A stretch of 64,000 nucleotides of DNA from Dehalococcoidia bacterium. Its GTDB lineage: Bacteria > Chloroflexota > Dehalococcoidia > Lucifugimonadales > UBA1123. The notes beneath the pieces were generated by a model. The model searched no databases. It had not been told where the DNA came from and saw only the letters and a program-made list of their open reading frames with translations. A program made the position numbers and the translations under genes. Each line of letters starts with the position of its first letter. Position 1 is the first letter of the stretch. This document shows positions 56,482-64,000 of the stretch, in pieces. The stretch is from contig OZ240222.1 in NCBI GenBank assembly GCA_965197695.1, positions 1,269,588 through 1,333,587 of the forward strand, read 5' to 3'.

Positions 56482-57693
56482 ATGAAGATCACCAACATCG
56501 AGACGTTTATCGTGGACGCGGGCTGGAGGCCCTGGATGTTCGTCAAGGTTGAGACGGACGAAGGCATCACCGGCTGGGGCGAGTGCAGCGACGGCAGGTC
56601 GCCTCACGGCATCGAGGGCACGATCAGGGACATGAAGCCGCTGCTGATCGGCAAAGACCCCCGGGCTTTCGAGATGCGTTTCCAGGACATGTACCGCATC
56701 ACCCGCCAGAGTCCGGGAGGCATCGCCGCCAAGGCGATCGCCGGTCTGGACTGTGCCTTCATAGACATCAAGGCCAAGGCGTTGGGCATCAGCGTGACGG
56801 AGTTGTTCGGCGGTCCGACGCGGGAGCAGGTACGCGTCTATTGGTCCCACTGCGGAAGCTCGCGCGTTCGACACCACGACATACTCGGCACTCCGCCCAT
56901 AGACTCGTGGGAAGCCATAACCAACCTGGGACACGAGGTGAAGGAGCGCGGCTTCACCGCACTGAAGACGAACATCCTCATGCCCGGCCAGGAGGCTACG
57001 TTCGGCGGTGGCTTCAGCGGCGGGATCGGCTCCACAGACCAGTACGCCCCCAAGTGGCTGCCGTCACACATCGAGAAGCTCATCGGCACGTTCCGCGACG
57101 CGGTTGGCGACGACATAGACATCAACCTGGACCTGAATTTCCACTTCAAGACAGAGGGCGCCCTGCGCATCGCCAAGGTGCTTGAGCAGTTCGACATGCT
57201 CTGGCTCGAAATAGACATGTACGAACCCAAGAGCCTGCGCCAGATAAAAGACTCGACCACCACGCGCATCTGCACCGGCGAGAACCTGTTCTACATGCGC
57301 GACTTCATCCCGTACTTCGAGAACCACTCGGCCGACATGTTCATGATCGACGTTCCCTGGAACGGGTTCAGCCAGTCCAAGAAGGTCGGAGACCTCGCCG
57401 AGGTGTACCAGCACAACGTCGCGCCGCACAACTACTACAGCCACCTGTCCAGCCTCGTCAGTGCCAGCCTGTGCGCCACGCTTCCCAACGTGCGGATCAT
57501 GGAGATCGACATCGACGACATCCCGTGGAAGGACGATCTGACCACCTCCGCGCCCGAGATAATCGACGGATACATGACCGTGCCGACGGCTCCGGGCTGG
57601 GGCGCGGACATCAACGAAGAGGTCGCCCTGGCGCACCCGTGGGACGAGAACAGCCTGGCCGTCGGCACAAGCGGCTACAAAGTGCCGAGGTAG
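56482..57693 (+). CDS. Mandelate racemase/muconate lactonizing enzyme family (sugar-acid dehydratase-like)
   Basis: MKITNIETFIV...VETDEGITGWGE N-terminal capping domain. ATG 56482 follows AGGA. Confidence 0.85.
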   Translation: MKITNIETFIVDAGWRPWMFVKVETDEGITGWGECSDGRSPHGIEGTIRDMKPLLIGKDPRAFEMRFQDMYRITRQSPGGIAAKAIAGLDCAFIDIKAKALGISVTELFGGPTREQVRVYWSHCGSSRVRHHDILGTPPIDSWEAITNLGHEVKERGFTALKTNILMPGQEATFGGGFSGGIGSTDQYAPKWLPSHIEKLIGTFRDAVGDDIDINLDLNFHFKTEGALRIAKVLEQFDMLWLEIDMYEPKSLRQIKDSTTTRICTGENLFYMRDFIPYFENHSADMFMIDVPWNGFSQSKKVGDLAEVYQHNVAPHNYYSHLSSLVSASLCATLPNVRIMEIDIDDIPWKDDLTTSAPEIIDGYMTVPTAPGWGADINEEVALAHPWDENSLAVGTSGYKVPR

Positions 57694-57742
57694 CTCAAAA
57701 GGGACTCCACGAGCGTCAACTCTCAGCCGCCGGAGACGACAA

Positions 57743-58642
57743 TTGCCTGACTACGAACACATTCTCTACGAGATCAGAGGCTCCACCTGCCTCATCACGC
57801 TGAACCGGCCTGAGACGCTGAACGCGATCACCCAGCCGATGGAGGCTGACCTGCACGACGCGCTCGACACCGCCGAGGCCGACCCGGAAGCGCGCGTCAT
57901 CGTTATACAGGGAGCGGGCAGGGCGTTCAGCTCGGGGTACGATATCGCGTCGTTCCAGGAGACCGATCCCGTATCGATGATCGCAAAAGGATCGAGCGCC
58001 GCCGACCACGTATCGCGCTGGTTCTACCACGATCGCAACATGGTGAAGAACCAAACGCACATCCTGGAGCTGTCGAAGCCGGTCATCGCGTGCGTCCACG
58101 GCTGGTGCATGGGCGGAGGGACATGGCTGGCGCTGACGTGCGACATGACCTTCTGCTCGGAGGACGCCGTTTTCGCGCAGCCCGAGGTGCGGCAGATATC
58201 CAACACCAGCTTCCTGTGGGTGCTTATGGCCGGGTACAAGAACGCGCTGCGCTACTCGCTGACCGGCGACCACATCGACGCCCAAGAAGCATATAGGATC
58301 GGCCTGGTCAACGAGGTGTTCGACGACAGAGACTCCATGATGTCCGAGGCGTTCCGGCTCGCCGAGCGCATCGCCATGATCAGTCCAGAGACCGTGGCGG
58401 CGAACAAGTACGTGGCCACGCTGGGGCTGGAGATGATGGGCCTGCGCAACGCGATCACGGGCAACTGGCTGCTGTCCTCCATCGCGCACGCATCCCAACG
58501 TCCGGACTACAACCGGCGCGAGATGCTGGACGCAGCATCCGAACGCGGAATGCGGGGCTTCCTGGAGGTGCGCGACGGCCCGTTCAGGCCGGAGCCATTC
58601 GGCCCGCGGTCTGAGCCGAGAGAACCGGGAAATTCGTCTTGA
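57743..58642 (+). CDS. Enoyl-CoA hydratase/isomerase family protein
   Basis: Motifs: ITLNRPETLNA; VIQGAGRAFSSGYD; CVHGWCMGGG. Confidence 0.85.
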   Translation: MPDYEHILYEIRGSTCLITLNRPETLNAITQPMEADLHDALDTAEADPEARVIVIQGAGRAFSSGYDIASFQETDPVSMIAKGSSAADHVSRWFYHDRNMVKNQTHILELSKPVIACVHGWCMGGGTWLALTCDMTFCSEDAVFAQPEVRQISNTSFLWVLMAGYKNALRYSLTGDHIDAQEAYRIGLVNEVFDDRDSMMSEAFRLAERIAMISPETVAANKYVATLGLEMMGLRNAITGNWLLSSIAHASQRPDYNRREMLDAASERGMRGFLEVRDGPFRPEPFGPRSEPREPGNSS

Positions 58643-58706
58643 CCTTGCGCCTGCTATCGAGTAGTGTTGATTTACCCCCCCTGACCGCCTCTGGCGGCAG
58701 GGCAGC

Positions 58707-58728
58707 AAGACCACCTAACGGTGGTCTT
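58707..58728 (+). terminator. Stem-loop after the crotonase gene
   Basis: AAGACCACC-TAAC-GGTGGTCTT followed by TGCATTTG. The listed GTG 58721 of the next ORF lies inside the 3' arm. Confidence 0.4.
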
Positions 58729-59401
58729 TGCATTTGTAAAAGACTCGGTCTTGGCTACGAACATCTACATAGACGGGTTCAACCTCTACTACGGCTCTCT
58801 CAGGGACAACCCGCAGTTCAAGTGGCTCGACCCAGCCGAGATGTGCCGCAGACTTTTGTCGGGCCGCGAAATCAGCAAGATCAGATACTTCACCGCCCGG
58901 CTAAAACCGTTGCCGCACGATCCGCAAATCATAGACAGGCAGAACGTCTATCTGCGTGCTTTGGGCACTGTTCCAAACCTGACGATTCACTTTGGGCGGT
59001 TCGCAACCCGACAAGTCAGTATGCCTCGGGCCCCGCTGACATACCCTCCGGGTCGGAATAGACCAGAGGTCGTATCGGTCATACGAACCGAGGAAAAGCG
59101 CTCTGACGTGAACTTGGCCACTCACCTGCTGGTGGACTGCTTCGACGCCGACTTCGACGATGCGGTCGTTGTCTGCAATGACTCCGATCTAATGCTTCCT
59201 ATCGAAATGGTGGTCAAGAAATTCGGCAAGTCGGTTGGGATGATAAACCCACATCCCCAGAACAGACTTAGCAGCGAATTGGCGAGAGCCACGACCTTTC
59301 AAATCAGATCAATCAACAGGTCGGTCTTGGCGCGCAGCCAGTTTCCCCAAGTCCTGACCGATGACAGAGGCGAGTTCCGGCGCCCGTCGCGGTGGCGGTG
59401 A
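58721..59401 (+). CDS. NYN domain (PIN-like RNase fold) protein
   Basis: NIYIDGFNLYYG N-terminal strand, EKRSDVNLA, and VVVCNDSDL motifs. TTG 58751 is a likely alternative start. Confidence 0.7.
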   Translation: MVFAFVKDSVLATNIYIDGFNLYYGSLRDNPQFKWLDPAEMCRRLLSGREISKIRYFTARLKPLPHDPQIIDRQNVYLRALGTVPNLTIHFGRFATRQVSMPRAPLTYPPGRNRPEVVSVIRTEEKRSDVNLATHLLVDCFDADFDDAVVVCNDSDLMLPIEMVVKKFGKSVGMINPHPQNRLSSELARATTFQIRSINRSVLARSQFPQVLTDDRGEFRRPSRWR

Positions 59402-59410
59402 ACACTTAAC

Positions 59411-59537
59411 GTGAAATGTGCGATAAGCCAGACCTACACTGCGACGATCCAGCGTGATAGTGACTGGTGGATTGGTTGGGTCGACGAAATCCCAGGCGTC
59501 ATCGCTTAGGAGCGTACCCGAGAGTATCTCCTCATTA
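59411..59537 (+). pseudogene. hicB-like antitoxin remnant (nonsense codon, then split by the MITE; remainder at 59701-59789)
   Basis: VKCAISQTYTATIQRDSDWWIGWVDEIPGVIA*ERTREYLLI. Removing the MITE plus one TA continues the frame as SLRYALDDILEM...*. The in-frame TAG is at 59507-59509. Confidence 0.5.
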
Positions 59538-59700
59538 GGTAGTGTTGACATTTCGCCGGTGTGGGTCATTCCGAGGAGATTGCGATGATGAATCCTGAAT
59601 TTATCACTGCGATCCAATGTCATAGGGGACTTCCCTGTGTGTGGAATTACATGCAATGGGCTTGCATATCGGCTATAAATACAAATGTCAACACTACCTA
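59536..59700. mobile_element. MITE copy 2 (161-bp core flanked by TA)
   Basis: Same TIRs as copy 1, with three differences over about 160 nt. Confidence 0.75.
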
Positions 59701-60615
59701 GTCTCCGGTATGCTCTTGACGACATTCTGGAAATGGACTCGGCCGATGCGCCAGATGCTGATACAAGCGACGGCCGGCAAACCTCTTGACCGCCTCAGCG
59801 ACGGACTTGGGCTGGTCCATGTACATGTTGTGACCGCTGTGCGGGATGGTCAGCAGATCGAAGTCCGGGGTCTCCTCGGCGATGGGGATCAGGTGCCGGA
59901 AGCCGTCGGCCAGTGAGTCGCTCACCACGAACAGGATGGGTTTGCCGAGCGTCCGCAGCGTGGGCTTGAGGTCGAGGTAGTCACCTTCGCGCTCTTTCCA
60001 GTTCATGCTGGCCGTCGCCCACTTCATGTCCAGCCGTCCATTGGGAAGCTGGTACGACTCGTGCGCGACTACGTCCCTGATCACGTCGTCGCGCCATTTT
60101 CCTGTCATCGGATGCCGCTTTAGGTAATCGTACATCTCCTCGCGGCCGGCCCATGTGCGGCGGGGCCGCTCGGAGCGCTTCGACACCATCCGCTGGAAGC
60201 TCTCGGTCACGAGGACCATAGGCTCAAGCAGCATCAGCCTGCTGAAGATGTCCGGCCTGCGCCGCGCCACCAGCGCGGCCACCACGCCGCCGGTGGAGTG
60301 CGCGACGGCGATCGCGTCTCGCATCCCGATCACATCGGCGAATGCCTCGAGGTCGTCGACTCGCTGCGCGAATGTGTACCCGGAGTCAGGCCAATCGCTG
60401 TCGCCGTGGCCGCGGGAGTCGAGCGCGACGACGTGGAACTCATCGCACAGGTAGCGCGCCACTGCGTCCCACGACCTGCTGGTGCGCATGTCGCCGTGGA
60501 GCATGAATACCGTCGATCTGCCATCAGGCTCCGACGGAGTGCCCCAGTCCACGTAGTGGAAGTAGATGCCGTTGACGAAGACGAACTTGCGCTCAGGTTG
60601 CGGCCGAAATGACAA
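59698..60615 (-). CDS. Alpha/beta hydrolase
   Basis: HGDMRTS, nucleophile elbow AHSTGG, and C-terminal His. The stop TAG is built from the MITE end plus TA. Confidence 0.8.
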   Translation of the reverse strand: MSFRPQPERKFVFVNGIYFHYVDWGTPSEPDGRSTVFMLHGDMRTSRSWDAVARYLCDEFHVVALDSRGHGDSDWPDSGYTFAQRVDDLEAFADVIGMRDAIAVAHSTGGVVAALVARRRPDIFSRLMLLEPMVLVTESFQRMVSKRSERPRRTWAGREEMYDYLKRHPMTGKWRDDVIRDVVAHESYQLPNGRLDMKWATASMNWKEREGDYLDLKPTLRTLGKPILFVVSDSLADGFRHLIPIAEETPDFDLLTIPHSGHNMYMDQPKSVAEAVKRFAGRRLYQHLAHRPSPFPECRQEHTGD

Positions 60616-60653
60616 ATGATCGGTTATCGTGGACAGGGGAGTCGGCCTCTTCG

Positions 60654-61577
60654 CTACCCCGTCAGCCCTAACTCCTCCAGGATCGGGGGGATCTGGGCCT
60701 TTTCGTCATCCGTCAGTGGGCGGAATGGTCGGGAGGTGGTGTCGTGGTCGATGACGCCCATGTGCTTGAGCGCGGCTTTCATGCCGCCGAAGCTGGCGGC
60801 GTTGGCCCCGCCACCCCTGGCGACCGCTCCCACCTTCTGCGCCGTAATCAGCTTGGCGTTGCACTCGCGGACGGTGTCGGTATCTCCGGCTTCGCCTGCC
60901 TCCCAGCCACGGGCGCAGACATTCGGCACGAGGTTGGCGATGCCGGGTATCACGCCGTGAACGCCGACGGATCCCGCGCTTGTGACCCGGAATACGGTGC
61001 CGAGGAACCGGAGCAGCGATATCTCGCCCTGGTCGCACAGGATGTTTAGCTGCGCCAGAAGCTCCCCGGCCCCGGAGCTGTCCTTTACTCCAACGACCGT
61101 TCCCTCGGCCGCGAGCATCGCAACGGTGCCGGGTTCGACAGCAGTCTTGACCGTCTGGGGGATGTTGTACACCCATAGAGGCAGGCCGAGCCTGTCCTGT
61201 GCGTAGCGATAGTGATCGGCCAGCTCATCCTGCGAGTCCGGGTAGTAGTAGGGCGGGGTCAGCGCGATCCCGTCCATGCCGAGCTCGCGGACCTCATTCG
61301 CCAGCTCCACCGACATCTTCGTGGAGGTGCTGGAGATGTTGCAGATCACGGGGACCCGGCCGGCGACCTCGTCGACGGTGGCCTCCATCACCCGAACGCG
61401 CTCCGAGTCCGGCAGGTTGGCGAACTCGCCGGTGGTGCCGGATGCCCACAGTCCGTGGACTCCGCTGTCGATCAGGTAGTTGACCAGACGCCGGAGCGAC
61501 GCGATATCTACGGTCTCGTCCGGATTCAGCGGGGTGAGCATCGGAACGATTACACCCTTGATCTCTTTTTCTGCCAT
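60654..61577 (-). CDS. Dihydrodipicolinate synthase/N-acetylneuraminate lyase family protein
   Basis: GLWASGTTGEF and the Schiff-base Lys context (VGVKDSSG). Confidence 0.85.
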   Translation of the reverse strand: MAEKEIKGVIVPMLTPLNPDETVDIASLRRLVNYLIDSGVHGLWASGTTGEFANLPDSERVRVMEATVDEVAGRVPVICNISSTSTKMSVELANEVRELGMDGIALTPPYYYPDSQDELADHYRYAQDRLGLPLWVYNIPQTVKTAVEPGTVAMLAAEGTVVGVKDSSGAGELLAQLNILCDQGEISLLRFLGTVFRVTSAGSVGVHGVIPGIANLVPNVCARGWEAGEAGDTDTVRECNAKLITAQKVGAVARGGGANAASFGGMKAALKHMGVIDHDTTSRPFRPLTDDEKAQIPPILEELGLTG

Positions 61578-61622
61578 GTCTTTCGTCTCCCCAGGGTCCC
61601 GGCCATCCGGGAGCGCTGCTCT

Positions 61623-62348
61623 CTATAGTTCGTATACCTCGAAGCTGACGGCGTAGTCGCAGCCGAACTCCATTCCGATTGCGTTGGCAGTCATGGTCAG
61701 GAATATCTCGGGATCCATGCCGGTCCCCAGTCCCTTGATGTACTCATCGTGTTTCTGGAGCGACTCGACGCCCTTGTAGACGTGGTCTCCGACATCCACC
61801 GCGTGGGTCACGTTGGGCGAGCCGTTTACCAGCAGCATCCTGACGCCGCTCCACGGCTCCAGACCCTCTTCAAGCAGCTCTGGAAAGACCCAGCGGTTTC
61901 CAGCGTCCCGGGCCGCGTCGAGAGCGGCGAGTCCGACCGCTCGGTGGTCCGCCTGGTTGGTCATGCCGCCCGCGAAGCGTAGGTCGAAGTTGATGGTGAC
62001 GACGACATCAGGCCTGTGGGTCCGTATGGCGCGGGCAATGTCCCGGCGTAACGACAGGCCATACTCGACGGCGCCGTCCACGTGATCGAGGAACTCGACT
62101 GTCTCCACTCCGACGACCGCGGCGCTCTCCACCTCTTCCCGCGCGCGTACCCTGCGCGTCTCATCCGGGTCCATTCCGTCGATTCCGGCTTCACCCCTGG
62201 TGGCAAGCAGGTAGATAATGCGCTTGCCCTCCGAAGTCCACTTGGAGATGGCGCTGGCGGTCCCGTACTCAAGGTCGTCAGGGTGGGCGACGACGGCCAG
62301 CGCGCTTTCCCAACTCTCGTCGAGAGGTTGCAGCGGGTTCGCTGTCAC
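61623..62348 (-). CDS. PIG-L/LmbE family deacetylase
   Basis: VVAHPDDLEYG and HxDH (QADHRA) zinc motifs. Confidence 0.8.
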   Translation of the reverse strand: MTANPLQPLDESWESALAVVAHPDDLEYGTASAISKWTSEGKRIIYLLATRGEAGIDGMDPDETRRVRAREEVESAAVVGVETVEFLDHVDGAVEYGLSLRRDIARAIRTHRPDVVVTINFDLRFAGGMTNQADHRAVGLAALDAARDAGNRWVFPELLEEGLEPWSGVRMLLVNGSPNVTHAVDVGDHVYKGVESLQKHDEYIKGLGTGMDPEIFLTMTANAIGMEFGCDYAVSFEVYEL

Positions 62349-62611
62349 TTGCCGCCGCCCAAGGCGGGCAGGAAGTGGACTTCGCTGTCCTCGCCGACCT
62401 TTTCGAGAATGCCCAGCGGCGTGATCTCGCCGTCGATGGCGACGGAGATGTTGCCCTTGATCCGGCCATCCTCAAGCAGCCGAGCCTTGAACCCAGGGTA
62501 CTGGGCCTCAAGGTTATTGACGATCTGTCGAACGGATGAGCCCTCGACCTGTATTTTGGAATTGCCGTCACTCAGCTTCTGCATCAGCGACGGGATGAAG
62601 ACTGTAGCCAT
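62345..62611 (-). CDS. MoaD/ThiS/CysO-like ubiquitin-fold protein ending GGGK
   Basis: 88 aa from ATG 62611 (GGAGA RBS). CysO-like layout, with C-terminus LPALGGGK*. The listed ORF (to 62884) is over-extended. Confidence 0.65.
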   Translation of the reverse strand: MATVFIPSLMQKLSDGNSKIQVEGSSVRQIVNNLEAQYPGFKARLLEDGRIKGNISVAIDGEITPLGILEKVGEDSEVHFLPALGGGK

Positions 62612-62630
62612 GCTGCCGTCTCCTCGATTC

Positions 62631-63152
62631 TTACTGGGTCCCATTGGCACTGGCTGAATCAAAGCTGGGCGGCGATTCGTCGAACGGCTCACCCATAGCC
62701 TCTGCATCCATCCGGCGATTGTTCCATTCGGTCCACTTTTGCTGGGTTTCGGCGGTTGCTTCGGCGGTTGCTTTCGCGGTTGCTTCGGCGGTTGCTTTCG
62801 CAGTTGCTTTGGCGATTGTCGCAGCGACCGCTCTGTCCACTCTATCCTGTTCTCGTTTCTTAAACCAGCGGTCCAATTGTTCACCGAGAACCATAATGAG
62901 TCGCGCCCCTTCCGTGAGAGTCAAAGTTATGCCTGCTGATCCGACTGTGATCTGCCCTGATCCCTGAATGATGTTCAGGATGGTCTGAATCAGAGAGTCT
63001 TCGGTTCGGTGGAATATCTCAAACCAGCATACCAGAGATATGCCAGCGACGTTCTGGATGACGAACAGAGTGAAGTAAACCGTCCGCCATCTCGGTGAAA
63101 TGCTCCAGATCGATTCCCGATCTGGTGGGGGTGAGTTGTCTTCGGCAGTCAA
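62631..63152 (-). CDS. Hypothetical membrane protein with (A/E)ATAK tetrapeptide repeats
   Basis: Two or three hydrophobic helices, then ATIAKATAKATAEATAKATAEATAE. AT-richer DNA. Confidence 0.4.
   Translation of the reverse strand: MTAEDNSPPPDRESIWSISPRWRTVYFTLFVIQNVAGISLVCWFEIFHRTEDSLIQTILNIIQGSGQITVGSAGITLTLTEGARLIMVLGEQLDRWFKKREQDRVDRAVAATIAKATAKATAEATAKATAEATAETQQKWTEWNNRRMDAEAMGEPFDESPPSFDSASANGTQ
62748..62819. repeat. 6 x 12-nt tandem repeat
   Basis: Units TTCGGCGGTTGC / TTTCGCGGTTGC with slight degeneration toward the 3' end. Confidence 0.75.
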
Positions 63153-63376
63153 TCTCAGTTGAACTCAGTTTCACATAGTGACGGTAGAACTCGAAGCTTC
63201 ACGAGGCTTGGATTCATCTGACGAGTGCATACTCGGTGAAAGGTTCTGATTCGGGTGCGATCTTGCTGTCGTCTTCCGCCAACCCCTCTAGGTGCATCTG
63301 TATAGCCTCATAGCTGAAGGCTGTCTTGAATCAATCGCCTTTTGCCTCGTCACTCAACTTCACTTGCTCCTCCCTT

Positions 63377-63413
63377 AAAAGATACGGGGCGGATCACAGA
63401 TCCGCCCCGTATC
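63377..63413 (-). terminator. Rho-independent terminator of the molybdopterin-subunit gene
   Basis: 15-bp perfect stem GATACGGGGCGGATC / GATCCGCCCCGTATC, followed on the minus strand by TTTT. Confidence 0.7.
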
Positions 63414-63450
63414 TTGCTTACCTCAACCGATTCACGATTGGCAGATGCTA

Positions 63451-64000
63451 TTAGCCGCCGCTTGCGCCGGTTGCCTCCATGATGGCGACCGGGTTCATCG
63501 GGGTATCGAACAAACGGGTCCCGATTGCTCTTTGCAGTGCGTTGGCGACTGCGGGAGTGGGAGGAACGATGTTGGCCTCGCCCACGCCCCGGACTCCGTA
63601 GGGGTGTCCGGGATTGGCGACCTCGACGATCACAGTGTCGATCATGGGAAGGTCGAGGCTGGTGGGCATTCGGTAGTCCAGCAGCGTGGAGTTGTCCATG
63701 CCGCCGTCATCGTTCATGAAGTACTCCTCGTTCAGCGCCCAGCCGATCCCCTGTACGGAGCCACCCTGCATCTGTCCCTCGACATATGACGGGTGGATGG
63801 CCTTGCCGACATCCTGAAACGCGGTGAAGCGGACCACGTCGGTCTTGCCGGTCTCAGGATCGACCTCGACGTCGACGATATTGCCGGCGAATGAGCCTCC
63901 GACGCCCGTGGGGCTGACTGAAGCTGTCCCGCTGATGCCGCCGCCGGAGCTGCCAAGCTGACCTGCCAGCTCCTGGAAGGTCATGTTGAGTTCGGGGTCG
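63451..64000 (-). CDS. Xanthine dehydrogenase/CoxL-family molybdopterin-binding subunit (C-terminal part; 5' end outside the window)
   Basis: GVRGVGEANIVPPTPAVANAL C-terminal motif. The frame stays open to the window edge. Confidence 0.8.
   Translation of the reverse strand, partial: DPELNMTFQELAGQLGSSGGGISGTASVSPTGVGGSFAGNIVDVEVDPETGKTDVVRFTAFQDVGKAIHPSYVEGQMQGGSVQGIGWALNEEYFMNDDGGMDNSTLLDYRMPTSLDLPMIDTVIVEVANPGHPYGVRGVGEANIVPPTPAVANALQRAIGTRLFDTPMNPVAIMEATGASGG

Noticed and set aside
59309-59725. 138-aa minus-strand ORF covering the MITE and the end of the NYN gene.
   Set aside because: It is composed largely of MITE sequence, which recurs at 17673-17836 in a non-coding context, plus the antisense of the NYN and hicB-like frames.
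1-64000. A CRISPR array, rRNA operon, or reverse-transcriptase/retron-type element.
   Set aside because: There are no regularly spaced direct repeats with unique spacers, no rRNA-like segments, and no RT motifs (YxDD) in any sizeable ORF.

Overview
High-GC (roughly 60-65% by eye) bacterial chromosomal segment. The core genes are purF-purN-purM...purH, fmt, mutS2, thrB-ask, trpA-aroH, an AapQMP-type amino-acid ABC importer, gamma-glutamyltransferase, and many amidase, CaiB-type CoA-transferase, crotonase and enolase-superfamily genes. MutS2 together with this catabolic repertoire suggests a Chloroflexota (SAR202-like) or similar marine heterotroph; this is inference only. The core operons are interrupted by visibly AT-richer accessory DNA. 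(1) Two separate ABC-type ATPase + small nuclease-like gene pairs: 3340-5187 with a PIN-like partner and 27529-29258 with a TOPRIM/DUF4276-like partner. These are my best candidates for uncharacterised defence modules. (2) A Fic protein plus a small-ORF/HEPN-like pair wedged inside the pur operon. (3) A 2.35-kb IS1-family element with perfect 17-bp inverted repeats that carries a three-gene cargo operon of unknown function. (4) Two ~98% identical copies of a 160-bp MITE whose ends resemble the IS ends. One copy splits a hicB-like pseudogene that sits 9 nt after an intact NYN RNase gene. (5) A brnT(nonsense)/brnA pair next to tRNA-Ser. (6) A Uma2 nuclease gene bracketed by ~115-bp direct repeats that duplicate the 5' end of ask. 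(7) An OmpR-type regulator frameshifted by a 43/44-nt tandem duplication. (8) A decayed RCC1-repeat lipoprotein locus flanking a 2.2-kb insert with an excisionase-like gene. Two tRNAs (Ser-UGA, Asp-GUC) are present. No rRNA or CRISPR array was seen. All family names are motif recognition by eye and need HMM or BLAST confirmation. Start codons are often uncertain.
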